Positions 8,920 through 17,349 of a stretch of DNA of 48,922 nucleotides are shown here, in pieces. Origin of the DNA: a virus (lineage: Duplodnaviria > Caudoviricetes). Positions within the stretch are counted from its first letter, which is position 1, and every line of letters begins with the position of its first letter. Where the stretch lies: positions 1 through 48,922 of the IMG/VR virus record IMGVR_UViG_3300042822_000036. One strand, written 5' to 3'. The position numbers were made by a program, and so were the translations under genes. Below the pieces are notes generated by a model. It searched no databases. It saw nothing but the letters and a program-made list of their open reading frames with translations, and was not told the origin of the DNA.

Positions 8920-9152
8920 CGTACTCGGCGAAGGACTTGAGCAAGGCGTGGGAATACACGTTTGAAGGCATGGTCAACTTCCAGACGGTGGAGGACCTCG
9001 CCCAACTCATTGCCACCGTGCGACGCGACGCGCTTGAAGAGGCGGCGGTGTCGGTTGAGCGGTTCGACGAGCAGGCGGTCAACGAGCAGTTCATAGCGTC
9101 GCGCAAGCACATGGCTCGACGCATCCGCGCGCTGAAGGACGGTGCCCCATGA
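8916..9152 (+). CDS. hypothetical protein
   Basis: ATGA-coupled ORF; RDALEEAA-type helix. Confidence 0.6.
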   Translation: MTYSAKDLSKAWEYTFEGMVNFQTVEDLAQLIATVRRDALEEAAVSVERFDEQAVNEQFIASRKHMARRIRALKDGAP

Positions 9153-9367
9153 GCTCATGCTCGTCCTGCCATCAGCGCATCCTGTGGGCCAAGACCACCC
9201 GCGGCGAAAACATCCCGCTCAACCCCGAGCCCATCGTCGGCGGCAACCTCGACTTCGTGGACGGCGTCGTGCGCTACGTCCAGCCCAGCGGCGGGGTGAA
9301 GCTGTACACCAGTCACTTCGCGAGTTGCCCATGCGCGGACGCGCACCGCAAGGAGCGGCGGCGATGA
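9149..9367 (+). CDS. hypothetical Zn-ribbon protein
   Basis: CSSC...SHFASCP motif; ATGA-coupled on both sides. Confidence 0.65.
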   Translation: MSSCSSCHQRILWAKTTRGENIPLNPEPIVGGNLDFVDGVVRYVQPSGGVKLYTSHFASCPCADAHRKERRR

Positions 9368-9969
9368 GCACCATCGACGCGTACCCCCTGCAGTGGCCCC
9401 TCGGGTGGGCGCGCACCCATTGCGACGACCGTCGAGCGTCCCTGTTTCAGGTGTCGTTCGCGCGATCTCGCGACGAGGTGCTGCGCTCGGTGCGGCTGCT
9501 TGGCGGCGAGGACGTCGTCATCTCAAGCAACCTGCCGCTCAAGCGCAACGGGCAGCCGTATGCCAGCCAAGCCGAGCCCACCGATCCCGGCATCGCCGTG
9601 TATTGGACGCAGGACCGCCAACCGCGGGTCATGGCCTGCGACTGCTGGCGCACCGTCCGGGACAACCTGCGCGCTGTCGGGCTGACGATCGACGCCCTAC
9701 GCGCAATCGATCGCTCGGGCGCCACGCAGCTGCTCGAGCGCGCCTTCACCGGGTTCGCCGCCCTGCCCGAGAGCACGGCGGTGGTACGTAGCTGGCGCGA
9801 CGTCCTACACCTGAACGGCCAGCCCGTCACCCAGCGCGACGTGCTCGAGGCGTTCAAGCGCCGGCTGCCGTTCTGCCATCCCGACAGCGGCGGCTCGCAC
9901 GATCTGATGGTCGAGCTCAACCGGGCGCGGGATGAGGCGCTGCGCGAGATCGAGCAGGAGGTGCGGTGA
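9364..9969 (+). CDS. J-domain (DnaJ-like) protein
   Basis: Starts MSTIDAYPLQWPLGW; C-terminal WRDVL...FCHPDSGGSHDLMVELNRARDEAL with intact HPD motif. Confidence 0.8.
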   Translation: MSTIDAYPLQWPLGWARTHCDDRRASLFQVSFARSRDEVLRSVRLLGGEDVVISSNLPLKRNGQPYASQAEPTDPGIAVYWTQDRQPRVMACDCWRTVRDNLRAVGLTIDALRAIDRSGATQLLERAFTGFAALPESTAVVRSWRDVLHLNGQPVTQRDVLEAFKRRLPFCHPDSGGSHDLMVELNRARDEALREIEQEVR

Positions 9970-10202
9970 TGGGAGCGGCGGAGGACCGGCGAACCGACGA
10001 CGCTGAAGCGGATTTCACACCCGACGAGCGGGCGAAGCTGCGCGAGTTGCTCGATCTCATTGAGCGCGGCGCCCGCAAACGGTTGCGCGTTCGGCGCCCG
10101 GTTGACGATCCGGACGAGGACAGGGTAAGGCCGACCCCCGAACAGATCGCGGAGGTCCGGCGCAAGGTCAGGAAACACTTGAAGCGGCAAGGAGCACTAT
10201 GA
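9966..10202 (+). CDS. small basic protein, possible excisionase/recombination directionality factor
   Basis: 78 aa, Arg/Lys-rich, ATGA-coupled to the integrase; function from position only. Confidence 0.4.
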   Translation: MMGAAEDRRTDDAEADFTPDERAKLRELLDLIERGARKRLRVRRPVDDPDEDRVRPTPEQIAEVRRKVRKHLKRQGAL

Positions 10203-11479
10203 GGGAACCGAAGGGGCGTATTGACTGGGTCTATGCGAAGGACGGATCGCGCAAGGCGCGCGCTCGCTTCGCCGGTCTGTACCTTGGTCTGCACGACACG
10301 AAGGCGCTTGCGCAGGAGGCGATCGACGAGGCCAAGCGCGAGCGCGCGGGCGAGGACCCCGAAACCTGTCGAACCTACGCCGAAGAGTGGTTCAAGTTTC
10401 GCGAGGAGTCGGGCCACGTGCAGGACATCAGCGACCAGCGCAGCGACTGGCGATCACGTGTCGACATCGACACGGCCAAGTGGCTCGACATGACCCCGCG
10501 CCACGTTCGGCCCGTGCATCTGCAGACGTGGCTCAAGACGCTCGCCAAGCGCACGGCACAGGACGCGATTCGCCGCAAGCAGGACGGCGCATGGGTGACT
10601 GAGCTCGTCGACACTGGCCGCCCGCTTTCGCACGAGTCCGTTTCGAAGGCGGTGTCGCTGGTCAAGCTGTTCTTTGGCTGGCTGCTCAGCGAAGGCAAAA
10701 TGGGCAAGACCGAAGCCAACCCAGCGCGGGCGCTGCTCATGCCCGTTCGCAAGCGCGCCCAGCGCAAGGGAAGCCAACGCATCGTCCACCTGGTGGCCAA
10801 GGAGATCAAAGCGCTGTTCGCGCTCGAGATGCCGCTCAAGGTGCGCGCAGTGTTCGCCGTCGCCATCTATGCCGGACTGCGCCGCGGCGAGATATGGGGC
10901 CTGCGCTGGGAGTTCGTCGACCTCAAGGCCCGGAAGCTGTACATCCGAAACTCCTACCGCCGCGACGTCAAGACGGCGAGCTCGGTGCGTGACGTGCCCA
11001 TGTTGCCGTTCCTCTACGAGGTACTGAACGCCTACTGGAAATCGCTCACCCCACGACCGCTCCAGGGCCTGGTGTTCCCGGCGGCTAGCGGCGGTTGCCA
11101 CGGGGGCACGTACGACTGCGGCTGGAGCGACAAGCGGGCCCGCACCGCCTGGACCGACGAGCAGGGCGTCCGCCGTCACGGCAAGGCTGGGACGGTCAGG
11201 GTGACGCCCGGCTGGCGTTCCGCGGCTGGCGTGCGGCCCGAGGTCACGTTCCTGTGTCTGCGCCACACCACCGCCTGCCAGCTGCTCCAGGGGACCGTCC
11301 TGGGCAACGCAGAGCGCCTCGACCTGGAGGACATCTGCTCGTGGCTCGGCCACAGCGACATCGGGGTCACGCAGCGTCACTACGCCGAGTTCGCACCCGG
11401 CAACGTGCACGACAAGGCGCTCGGCCTGGGCAAGAAGCGCGCGGGCAAAGTGGAAAAGCAAAGTGGAAAACCGTTTTGA
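10199..11479 (+). CDS. int: tyrosine integrase
   Basis: YAGLRRGEIWGLRW (box I), VKT, CLRHT, WLGHSDIGVTQRHY (box II, catalytic Tyr); adjacent to a tRNA-derived attP. Confidence 0.92.
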   Translation: MREPKGRIDWVYAKDGSRKARARFAGLYLGLHDTKALAQEAIDEAKRERAGEDPETCRTYAEEWFKFREESGHVQDISDQRSDWRSRVDIDTAKWLDMTPRHVRPVHLQTWLKTLAKRTAQDAIRRKQDGAWVTELVDTGRPLSHESVSKAVSLVKLFFGWLLSEGKMGKTEANPARALLMPVRKRAQRKGSQRIVHLVAKEIKALFALEMPLKVRAVFAVAIYAGLRRGEIWGLRWEFVDLKARKLYIRNSYRRDVKTASSVRDVPMLPFLYEVLNAYWKSLTPRPLQGLVFPAASGGCHGGTYDCGWSDKRARTAWTDEQGVRRHGKAGTVRVTPGWRSAAGVRPEVTFLCLRHTTACQLLQGTVLGNAERLDLEDICSWLGHSDIGVTQRHYAEFAPGNVHDKALGLGKKRAGKVEKQSGKPF

Positions 11480-11600
11480 CGATACATGCTAACCACCTGA
11501 TTTCATTGCGCTCCCGGGAGGATTCGAACCTCCGACCAACGGCTTAGGAAGGAGTGGCAAAGCACTGCGATTTCCAGCGGTTAGGAGCGCTTTTCCATTT
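11448..11600. repeat. putative integrase arm-type sites (RRTGGMAAASC)
   Basis: AAGTGGAAAAGC 11448-11459, AAGTGGAAAACC 11461-11472, GAGTGGCAAAGC 11552-11563 and inverted GCTTTTCCATTT 11589-11600 flank the core. Confidence 0.55.
11507..11551 (-). other. attP core: 3' half of tRNA-Arg(CCU)
   Basis: Minus strand CTTCCTAAGCCGTTGGTCGGAGGTTCGAATCCTCCCGGGAGCGCA: anticodon loop with CCT, T-arm GGAGG-TTCGAAT-CCTCC, acceptor 3' strand; the 5' half is absent. Confidence 0.85.
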
Positions 11601-11780
11601 TCGTTCCAGCTTCGCGTTGGCGACGATATGGGCTATGAAGGGCCCGAGCCGACTGGACCCAGACGCGCTTGACTACACCAGCCCGTTTCGGTTGTGTTCA
11701 CGCCACATCTCGCCACACGCTGGAGCCCTGCTGACAAGCCAAGCGTTGAGTCGTCCGAGATCACTCGGGATACTCTTGAG

Positions 11781-12596
11781 ATGAAACGCGCAATTTGGGC
11801 AGGGTTACTCGCTGGCATCGTCGTCGCGTGCGCCGAGCCCGCGGCGGAAATGGTCGGCGAGATGATGCAGGTAGCCGGGCACGGCATGCTCGACGGCGGG
11901 CTGGCGGGTGCCGGCGGCGCCAACGCCATGGCCGATGCCGGGAAGCTCGACGCCGGGAAGCTGGACGCAGCCGTCGCCGACGCCATGGTCGATGCTGCTC
12001 ACATGCTGATTGATGCCGGCCACTGGCTCAACGACGGCGGACCGCCGAGCGACGCCGGTGCGCAGGAGCCGAGCGGTGATGGGCTGCCGCGCGGCCATTG
12101 GGTGCTGCGAGACAGTCACGGCCAGGCACTGAACGTGCTCGCGCTTGCATGGCGTGGTGCTGGCTATCAAGCGCGCTTCACCAACAATGCTGGCGATTGC
12201 GTCTACATCCAGTGGTTCAGCAGCCGCGAGATCAATCTGGCCTACCAGCTCTCCTCTGGAACCATCGCGACGGCGGATCACTGCATTGGCGGGGTCGATA
12301 GCGGGGCAAGCTGGCGAGACCCTGTGGTGCAGTCCAGGGTCGTCTTCCACGATAGCTCGTGTCAGACCCCTGCTTCGACATCCTCGCTCGCCACGGTACA
12401 AATTGGCGGCAGCTACTACTACACCGACGGCGCACCCATGCACGTCGCCAGCTATTACACGTGGGACCAAACCACGCAGATTTGCGCTCCATATGCCCCG
12501 ACCGCCGGTGCCGATCTGTGGCTCTTCAAGCCGATGCCCGCGCTTGTCGTCAACTTGATGCCCGATCCGCCCTACACATTCGAAGTCGTGTATTAG
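11781..12596 (+). CDS. lipoprotein (moron)
   Basis: MKRAIWAGLLAGIVVA-C lipobox; low-complexity DAG repeats, then a Cys-containing beta-rich domain. TTGAGT-17-GATACT promoter-like element 6 nt before the ATG. Confidence 0.75.
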   Translation: MKRAIWAGLLAGIVVACAEPAAEMVGEMMQVAGHGMLDGGLAGAGGANAMADAGKLDAGKLDAAVADAMVDAAHMLIDAGHWLNDGGPPSDAGAQEPSGDGLPRGHWVLRDSHGQALNVLALAWRGAGYQARFTNNAGDCVYIQWFSSREINLAYQLSSGTIATADHCIGGVDSGASWRDPVVQSRVVFHDSSCQTPASTSSLATVQIGGSYYYTDGAPMHVASYYTWDQTTQICAPYAPTAGADLWLFKPMPALVVNLMPDPPYTFEVVY

Positions 12597-12710
12597 CGCC
12601 GGCCTCGCGGCCAGGGAGGTGCCCCCTCCTTGCGTGAACTCCGCCGGTTCACGCGTCGTGAACACCTGCCCGGTTGTCGCCGGCCGTGGAGCTGTGGTAG
12701 CGCAGCCAGC

Positions 12711-12836
12711 ATGACCACGACTGCGTGGATGTGGCTGGTGCTGCTGACCGCGATCGCGATCTCCGCAACCGTCGGCCTGGTCGTGCGCTTCGTGCAACAG
12801 TCGCGGGCCAAGAGGGGGAAGTTCGATGGCAGCTGA
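12711..12836 (+). CDS. small single-TM membrane protein
   Basis: MTTTAWMWLVLLTAIAISATVGLVVRFVQQSRAKRGK: hydrophobic helix followed by basic tail. Confidence 0.55.
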   Translation: MTTTAWMWLVLLTAIAISATVGLVVRFVQQSRAKRGKFDGS

Positions 12837-13374
12837 CGGCAACTTCGGGAAGGTCTTCCGAGCGACCATGGCTGCGGTCGGCATGCCCTGGCCCGATGCG
12901 CTTGGCGACGACTTCGAAAAGGTAACAACCGTAGCCGGGGAGCTGGTCGCCGCGCGCGCGGTCGGCAAGAACACGTCTGCGCTACGCGCGATCTTTTTGA
13001 ACCTGCCACGGTCAATCATCACCGGGACGGGCGTGGACGCCGCGGCAACGACATCCGTGGTCGCCGCCGCCGGTAGCGTCGGTGCAGCCTACGTTGGCGC
13101 CGTGCTCGGGTCGCTTCTCGTCGCCACATGGGACACCTACGGGCCGAGCGGCATAGGCAAGCTGCAGCGGCTCATCACCGACACCGAGCGTGCCTACGGG
13201 ACCGAGTTTGCGTGGGCCGCGCACTCGATGATCGCCTCGCAGCCCGAGCTCGCCGGAGCGGCAATGACGCGCGCCCTGCATATCGGGCGTGCCGTCAGCG
13301 CACCACGAGCCCAGTACCGGGGCGTCGGTGGCCGCGGCGGTGGTGGCGCTGGCGGGCGCAGCGGTGGCTGGTAG
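12826..13374 (+). CDS. hypothetical protein with hydrophobic Gly/Ala-rich helices and Gly-rich tail
   Basis: SVVAAAGSVGAAYVGAVLGSLLVAT segment; GGRGGGGAGGRSGGW end; SD GAGGGGG upstream. Confidence 0.7.
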   Translation: MAADGNFGKVFRATMAAVGMPWPDALGDDFEKVTTVAGELVAARAVGKNTSALRAIFLNLPRSIITGTGVDAAATTSVVAAAGSVGAAYVGAVLGSLLVATWDTYGPSGIGKLQRLITDTERAYGTEFAWAAHSMIASQPELAGAAMTRALHIGRAVSAPRAQYRGVGGRGGGGAGGRSGGW

Positions 13375-13379
13375 CCCGC

Positions 13380-13559
13380 TCACGCCTCCCCGACCACCGC
13401 CCACCCCGCGATCCGTTTGCTTTGCGACCATAGCCACACCGCCCTAGTCGGCTCGCCCCCGTCCCAGAACACGTGCAGCTCGAGCTCGACGCGATCGCGG
13501 CCGGGTGACTCGGGCAGCTCCAGGACGACGTGGCCGGGGTCGAGATCGTGCCAGTTCAT
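13380..13559 (-). CDS. hypothetical protein
   Basis: MNWHDLDPGH...; convergent with 12826..13374, stops 5 nt apart. Confidence 0.4.
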   Translation of the reverse strand: MNWHDLDPGHVVLELPESPGRDRVELELHVFWDGGEPTRAVWLWSQSKRIAGWAVVGEA

Positions 13560-13727
13560 GCGGTGGTTGTCGGGCGGCGATGCTTGCGGTTGCGCCGCCG
13601 GGTAGTCGTACGCTATGAGCCGTACCCTCACGAACGGGGGCTGAGCTTGGGTCACGGGACGGATAAGGACGAGCCGGCGCAGGGCGAATTGGACCAGGAT
13701 CGCCACGCTCAGAGAGCCGAGCGGATC

Positions 13728-14090
13728 ATGGGAAACGTCGCGAAAACATTCGCGTGGGTCGACCTGGTCCGCACAGTCGCTGAACGTTTCGGGCCCTCTG
13801 CGGCGGTGCTGGTGTTCATGCTGCTGGCCTGCAAGCTGCTCGGGACAGAAGCGACGGGAGACGAATTTTTCCGCGCGGTGGTGTTCGGCGAGCATGGTTG
13901 GGGCCTGCCCGTGTTCACCTCCATCCTCTTGGTGGACGTCGCAGTAGGTAAGCATCTCCGCAACCGCCTAGTGCGCATTGGCGATTCTCCCGAGAAGGAG
14001 CGCATTATTCAGGAACGGAATAGGCTTCAGGAAGAGCTGTTGAACCGCAAACTCACCCACACCGGCAAGGAGGACGATAATGAACGCTGA
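13728..14090 (+). CDS. membrane protein (2 TM) with charged C-terminal helix
   Basis: SAAVLVFMLLACKLL and WGLPVFTSILLVDV hydrophobic segments; the start may lie further upstream. Confidence 0.6.
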   Translation: MGNVAKTFAWVDLVRTVAERFGPSAAVLVFMLLACKLLGTEATGDEFFRAVVFGEHGWGLPVFTSILLVDVAVGKHLRNRLVRIGDSPEKERIIQERNRLQEELLNRKLTHTGKEDDNER

Positions 14091-14622
14091 CACGCTGTTC
14101 TGGCCCCTGGCCGCTCTCGCCATGGTCGCCACTGGCCATGTCTTCGTCCTGTGGAGAGTCGTAGAAGAGCGCACGTTTCGATCACGCATGTACGCGTTGC
14201 GAGACGAGCTTCGCTGGGCCGCGATCAAGGATCCCCGCCTCGCCGCCTCACCGATCTTCGATCACTTCGACAGGCGTCTGACCTGCTCGGCGATGGAAGC
14301 CCGAGTGTTGTCCCCCTACCTGGCACTGCCGTTCCTGTGGCACCGGGGCATGATACGCACCATCCTGCGCGCTTCCGAGCAAGCAACTCGCACGGTGCAA
14401 AGCTCCGGCATCGACTCGGTGCAGGGTCTGAGCGCCCGAATCGACGCCGCGCTCTACACGTTCTTGTGGCGCCGTTCTCCCTTGGCAATGCTCGCCCTTG
14501 CGGTGGGCTTGCGGCTGCTCACTGAAGGACGCCGGAGTCTGCGCGCCGTCGCCGCTGCGTGCACGATTGCCGCGATCGACATCCGACTCGACGGGGCAGT
14601 GCATACGCAGACGGCAGCGTGA
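14080..14622 (+). CDS. membrane protein
   Basis: N-terminal TM (LFWPLAALAMVATGHVFVLW), further hydrophobic segments, AGGAGG SD. Confidence 0.7.
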   Translation: MNADTLFWPLAALAMVATGHVFVLWRVVEERTFRSRMYALRDELRWAAIKDPRLAASPIFDHFDRRLTCSAMEARVLSPYLALPFLWHRGMIRTILRASEQATRTVQSSGIDSVQGLSARIDAALYTFLWRRSPLAMLALAVGLRLLTEGRRSLRAVAAACTIAAIDIRLDGAVHTQTAA

Positions 14623-14855
14623 TCACCTGGCGCGACGTCACCGGCGACCACTGCACCGCGGACGTGAGCTACCGCGCCACGCCAATCGCTCGCCTGCACG
14701 CGCGCCCCACCCGCTGGCAGGTCGAGTTCGTGGGCGGCACGCTCGATGGCCCGGCAAACTCCATCGGCCACGCCAAGCGGGCCGCGCTCCAGGCGCTGGC
14801 CGAGGCCCTGCGCGCCCTCGACATGGACCTGCAGATGGCGCTGCGATCGACGTAG
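14619..14855 (+). CDS. hypothetical protein
   Basis: GTG overlapping the previous TGA (GTGA coupling). Confidence 0.5.
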   Translation: MITWRDVTGDHCTADVSYRATPIARLHARPTRWQVEFVGGTLDGPANSIGHAKRAALQALAEALRALDMDLQMALRST

Positions 14856-14870
14856 CAAGCCCCACGCAGC

Positions 14871-14906
14871 GACGCCCCGCCACCCGGTGAAGGGCGACGG
14901 GGCGTC
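14871..14906. terminator. GC-rich hairpin between convergent transcription units
   Basis: GACGCCCCGCCACCC ... GGGCGACGGGGCGTC, 15-bp stem with 2 mismatches; no clear U-tract. Confidence 0.55.
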
Positions 14907-14951
14907 AGGAGGGGGGAACGTATCGGGAGCGATCAAAGTCTTGGGCGGGGG

Positions 14952-15461
14952 CTACTCGACGTGCGCCTGGGCGAACAGCTCGTCGTAGGCCACCTCTGGT
15001 GGATCATCCTCGGCGCGCTTGTCGAACTTGCTGGCGAACTTGGCGCCCACGTCGTCCATCCGACGGCGGCGGCGCTCGGGCTGATCGACATACGCGGCGG
15101 CTCTCACCTCGGACAGCGCGCGCCATGCGAGCCACTGACCACGCTCGAGCTTCACGATCCGGCCGCGCTTACCCGGCTCGGTCGCGAAAAGCTTCTCGTC
15201 CAAGTCCCGCACCAGCGCCTTGATCGCCAAGAGCTCACCGCGCACCGCTACCGCCTCGGCCATCTCCGCCTTGCTGTCCATTTTGCTGGCCACCCAGCCG
15301 CCGGTGCCAGTCAGCACGCTAGCCAGGACGGCAGCGATCCACGGTGCTGCCCTGCGCAGCAGCGATCGGCCCTTGCGCGACCTGACCACCGTGGTGAGCC
15401 CGGCCATGAGCGAGTTGCCATCGCGCTCGTCGATGCGCTCTCCCGGGCGCTGCTCGCTCAT
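14952..15461 (-). CDS. single-TM protein following the endolysin (lysis accessory; holin- or i-spanin-like by position)
   Basis: APWIAAVLASVLTGTGGWVA TM followed by a helical domain; ATGA-coupled to the endolysin. Confidence 0.55.
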   Translation of the reverse strand: MSEQRPGERIDERDGNSLMAGLTTVVRSRKGRSLLRRAAPWIAAVLASVLTGTGGWVASKMDSKAEMAEAVAVRGELLAIKALVRDLDEKLFATEPGKRGRIVKLERGQWLAWRALSEVRAAAYVDQPERRRRRMDDVGAKFASKFDKRAEDDPPEVAYDELFAQAHVE

Positions 15462-16246
15462 ACGATCGCCGCCTGGCTGTCGTACGCGAGCTGCACCTGC
15501 TCGAGGTACCAGCTCATCGGAAAGCCCGGGCCGGGGTCGTGGTGGTCGGAGCGGCCGAATGCGATCGAGACCTCGTGGTGGGTGGTGATCCCGCGCGCGC
15601 CCTTCTTGAGTAGGTCCGCGGCTCGCACGAACCGCAGGGGCAGACTGCGCTCGCGAGCCTTGCGCGCCACCAGCTGCGCGCTCAGCCACAGCATCCGCGT
15701 GCCGAAGTCGTCGAGCCATTCCGCTCGGCTCTGCCGTGCATAGCCGGCATGTTCGATCTGGATGCCGTTGTGATTGGCTCCCGGCGCGGCGTAGGCCACC
15801 AGGTGGTCGCGGACGCCCTGGATCACCGAGTCACTGTCGACGTAGTAGTGGGCAGACTTGGGGCCCGCATCGGCCGGCAGCGTAGCCATGTACTCGGCGC
15901 AGCGCTCGGCCCGCGTGCTGCTCTCGGCACCCTCCATGCAATGGAGCACGACCAGGTCCACGACCGCGCGGATCTTCGATCCATAAAACCGCGACGGCAC
16001 GAACGGTATGGTGTACGGCAGCACGGGCGGCGGTCGAATGCTCGGCGTCGTTGATGCGCTCATCACCTGCAATTCGAGCGCGGTGACCTCGCCCGTCGCC
16101 TCGATCCCCGTCGCTGCCTGAAATGCGCAGGTCGCGTTGTGCGTGCGCTTGCCGAACTGCCCATCGGCCACGCCCACGAGATAGCCCCGAGCGATCAGCG
16201 CCTGCTGCCACGCCATGACGTCAGGGCCGGTGCTGCTGAGTTTCAT
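15458..16246 (-). CDS. endolysin: peptidoglycan-binding domain + N-acetylmuramoyl-L-alanine amidase (Amidase_2)
   Basis: GPDVMAWQQAL...DGQFG...AFQ (PG-binding 1); VVLHCME, SAHYYVD, IQIEHAG, HHEVS...HHDPG Zn-amidase motifs. Confidence 0.9.
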   Translation of the reverse strand: MKLSSTGPDVMAWQQALIARGYLVGVADGQFGKRTHNATCAFQAATGIEATGEVTALELQVMSASTTPSIRPPPVLPYTIPFVPSRFYGSKIRAVVDLVVLHCMEGAESSTRAERCAEYMATLPADAGPKSAHYYVDSDSVIQGVRDHLVAYAAPGANHNGIQIEHAGYARQSRAEWLDDFGTRMLWLSAQLVARKARERSLPLRFVRAADLLKKGARGITTHHEVSIAFGRSDHHDPGPGFPMSWYLEQVQLAYDSQAAIV

Positions 16247-16250
16247 GGCG

Positions 16251-16889
16251 TCACTGCTGAATCATGAAACAGCAGGAACCGATCTGGATAGTGACCGCTG
16301 ATCCGGCTACGCCAGATGCATAGCGGAGCGCCAAGTTCCCGCCCGTGATCGTGCGACAGAACCCGAGAATGACGGCTGTCACGTCAGCGGCGCCGGGACC
16401 AACGCCTGCAGCACCAAGCGGCGTGTCATTAGCGGCGATGTTGCCCGACTGGAAAGCCGTCGCGGAGGTCGCACCGAGTAGACCGTAGCGGAGCAAAGAG
16501 AATGTTCCCGTGTAGTTCACTGCTAGACGCAGTCCCGTGGTCGCGGCGGCCGTACGATACGCCACGACGAACATAAACATGTTCCCGGAATCATCTTTCA
16601 GGTTGAAGCCCATCTGAGTGGCATGCACATCAGCCAGCGTCACAACGCTACTGTTCTGGGTGGCCATCAGCCGCGCCGTGGCCAATGTGCGCCCTTCGAT
16701 AAGAGGGCCCGAGCGCCGCAAAAAATCGAGATCGGGTATGGGCCCCGTTCCCAACTCAGTCGGTCCGGATGTCTCAACCAGCGGGTGGACGTGGTCTACC
16801 GCGCTAGCTAGTCGACCTACCCCCGCGCTGGCGCTGCCGCCGACCTTGACCGGGACAACCTTGCTAATGATGGGATTGACGAGGGGCAT
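16251..16889 (-). CDS. tail fibre/virion-associated protein
   Basis: SAVDHVHP motif common in fibre proteins; beta-rich C-terminal domain. Confidence 0.55.
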   Translation of the reverse strand: MPLVNPIISKVVPVKVGGSASAGVGRLASAVDHVHPLVETSGPTELGTGPIPDLDFLRRSGPLIEGRTLATARLMATQNSSVVTLADVHATQMGFNLKDDSGNMFMFVVAYRTAAATTGLRLAVNYTGTFSLLRYGLLGATSATAFQSGNIAANDTPLGAAGVGPGAADVTAVILGFCRTITGGNLALRYASGVAGSAVTIQIGSCCFMIQQ

Positions 16890-16892
16890 GGC

Positions 16893-17345
16893 TCAACCCT
16901 CGTGGTGCTCGACGTGCGGAGGGGCGAGGCCGCCATCGCGGATGAGCCGATAGATCGCCTCGAACGGGTTCGCTGGTGGACTCGGCAGCTGCGAGAACGC
17001 CTCCATCAGCGCTGCAAGTACGGGTGTCACATCCTCGCTCGGCCCGTCATAGCTACTTGTTTCGGCGACCCAGTATCGCGAGCTGGCCGGCGCACCCGGA
17101 TCCATCGCCGTCAACACCACCTCGGCATTGCTGAGGTGATCGGCGTAATCTGCTGGCTGGCGCTCGAGCGGTTGGCCAACGAGCGAGTGCCAGATCGTCG
17201 CCGCGCGAGCCAGTCGCAACTCAAGCGCTTTAGCCTCGGCCTCGGTGTCGCAGACAAAGCGTGGGATATGGCGGCGGCGCTCCTTGCCAGGCTCGTCGTA
17301 GTCCACATCGTAGCAACGCATCACGATCCATTTTGTGGTGGTCAT
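16893..17345 (-). CDS. hypothetical protein
   Basis: Tightly packed in the tail operon. Confidence 0.6.
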   Translation of the reverse strand: MTTTKWIVMRCYDVDYDEPGKERRRHIPRFVCDTEAEAKALELRLARAATIWHSLVGQPLERQPADYADHLSNAEVVLTAMDPGAPASSRYWVAETSSYDGPSEDVTPVLAALMEAFSQLPSPPANPFEAIYRLIRDGGLAPPHVEHHEG

Positions 17346-17349
17346 AGTC

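Noticed and set aside
11507-11551. Functional tRNA gene
   Set aside because: Only the anticodon loop to acceptor 3' strand is present; no D-arm or 5' acceptor strand. Interpreted as attP core.
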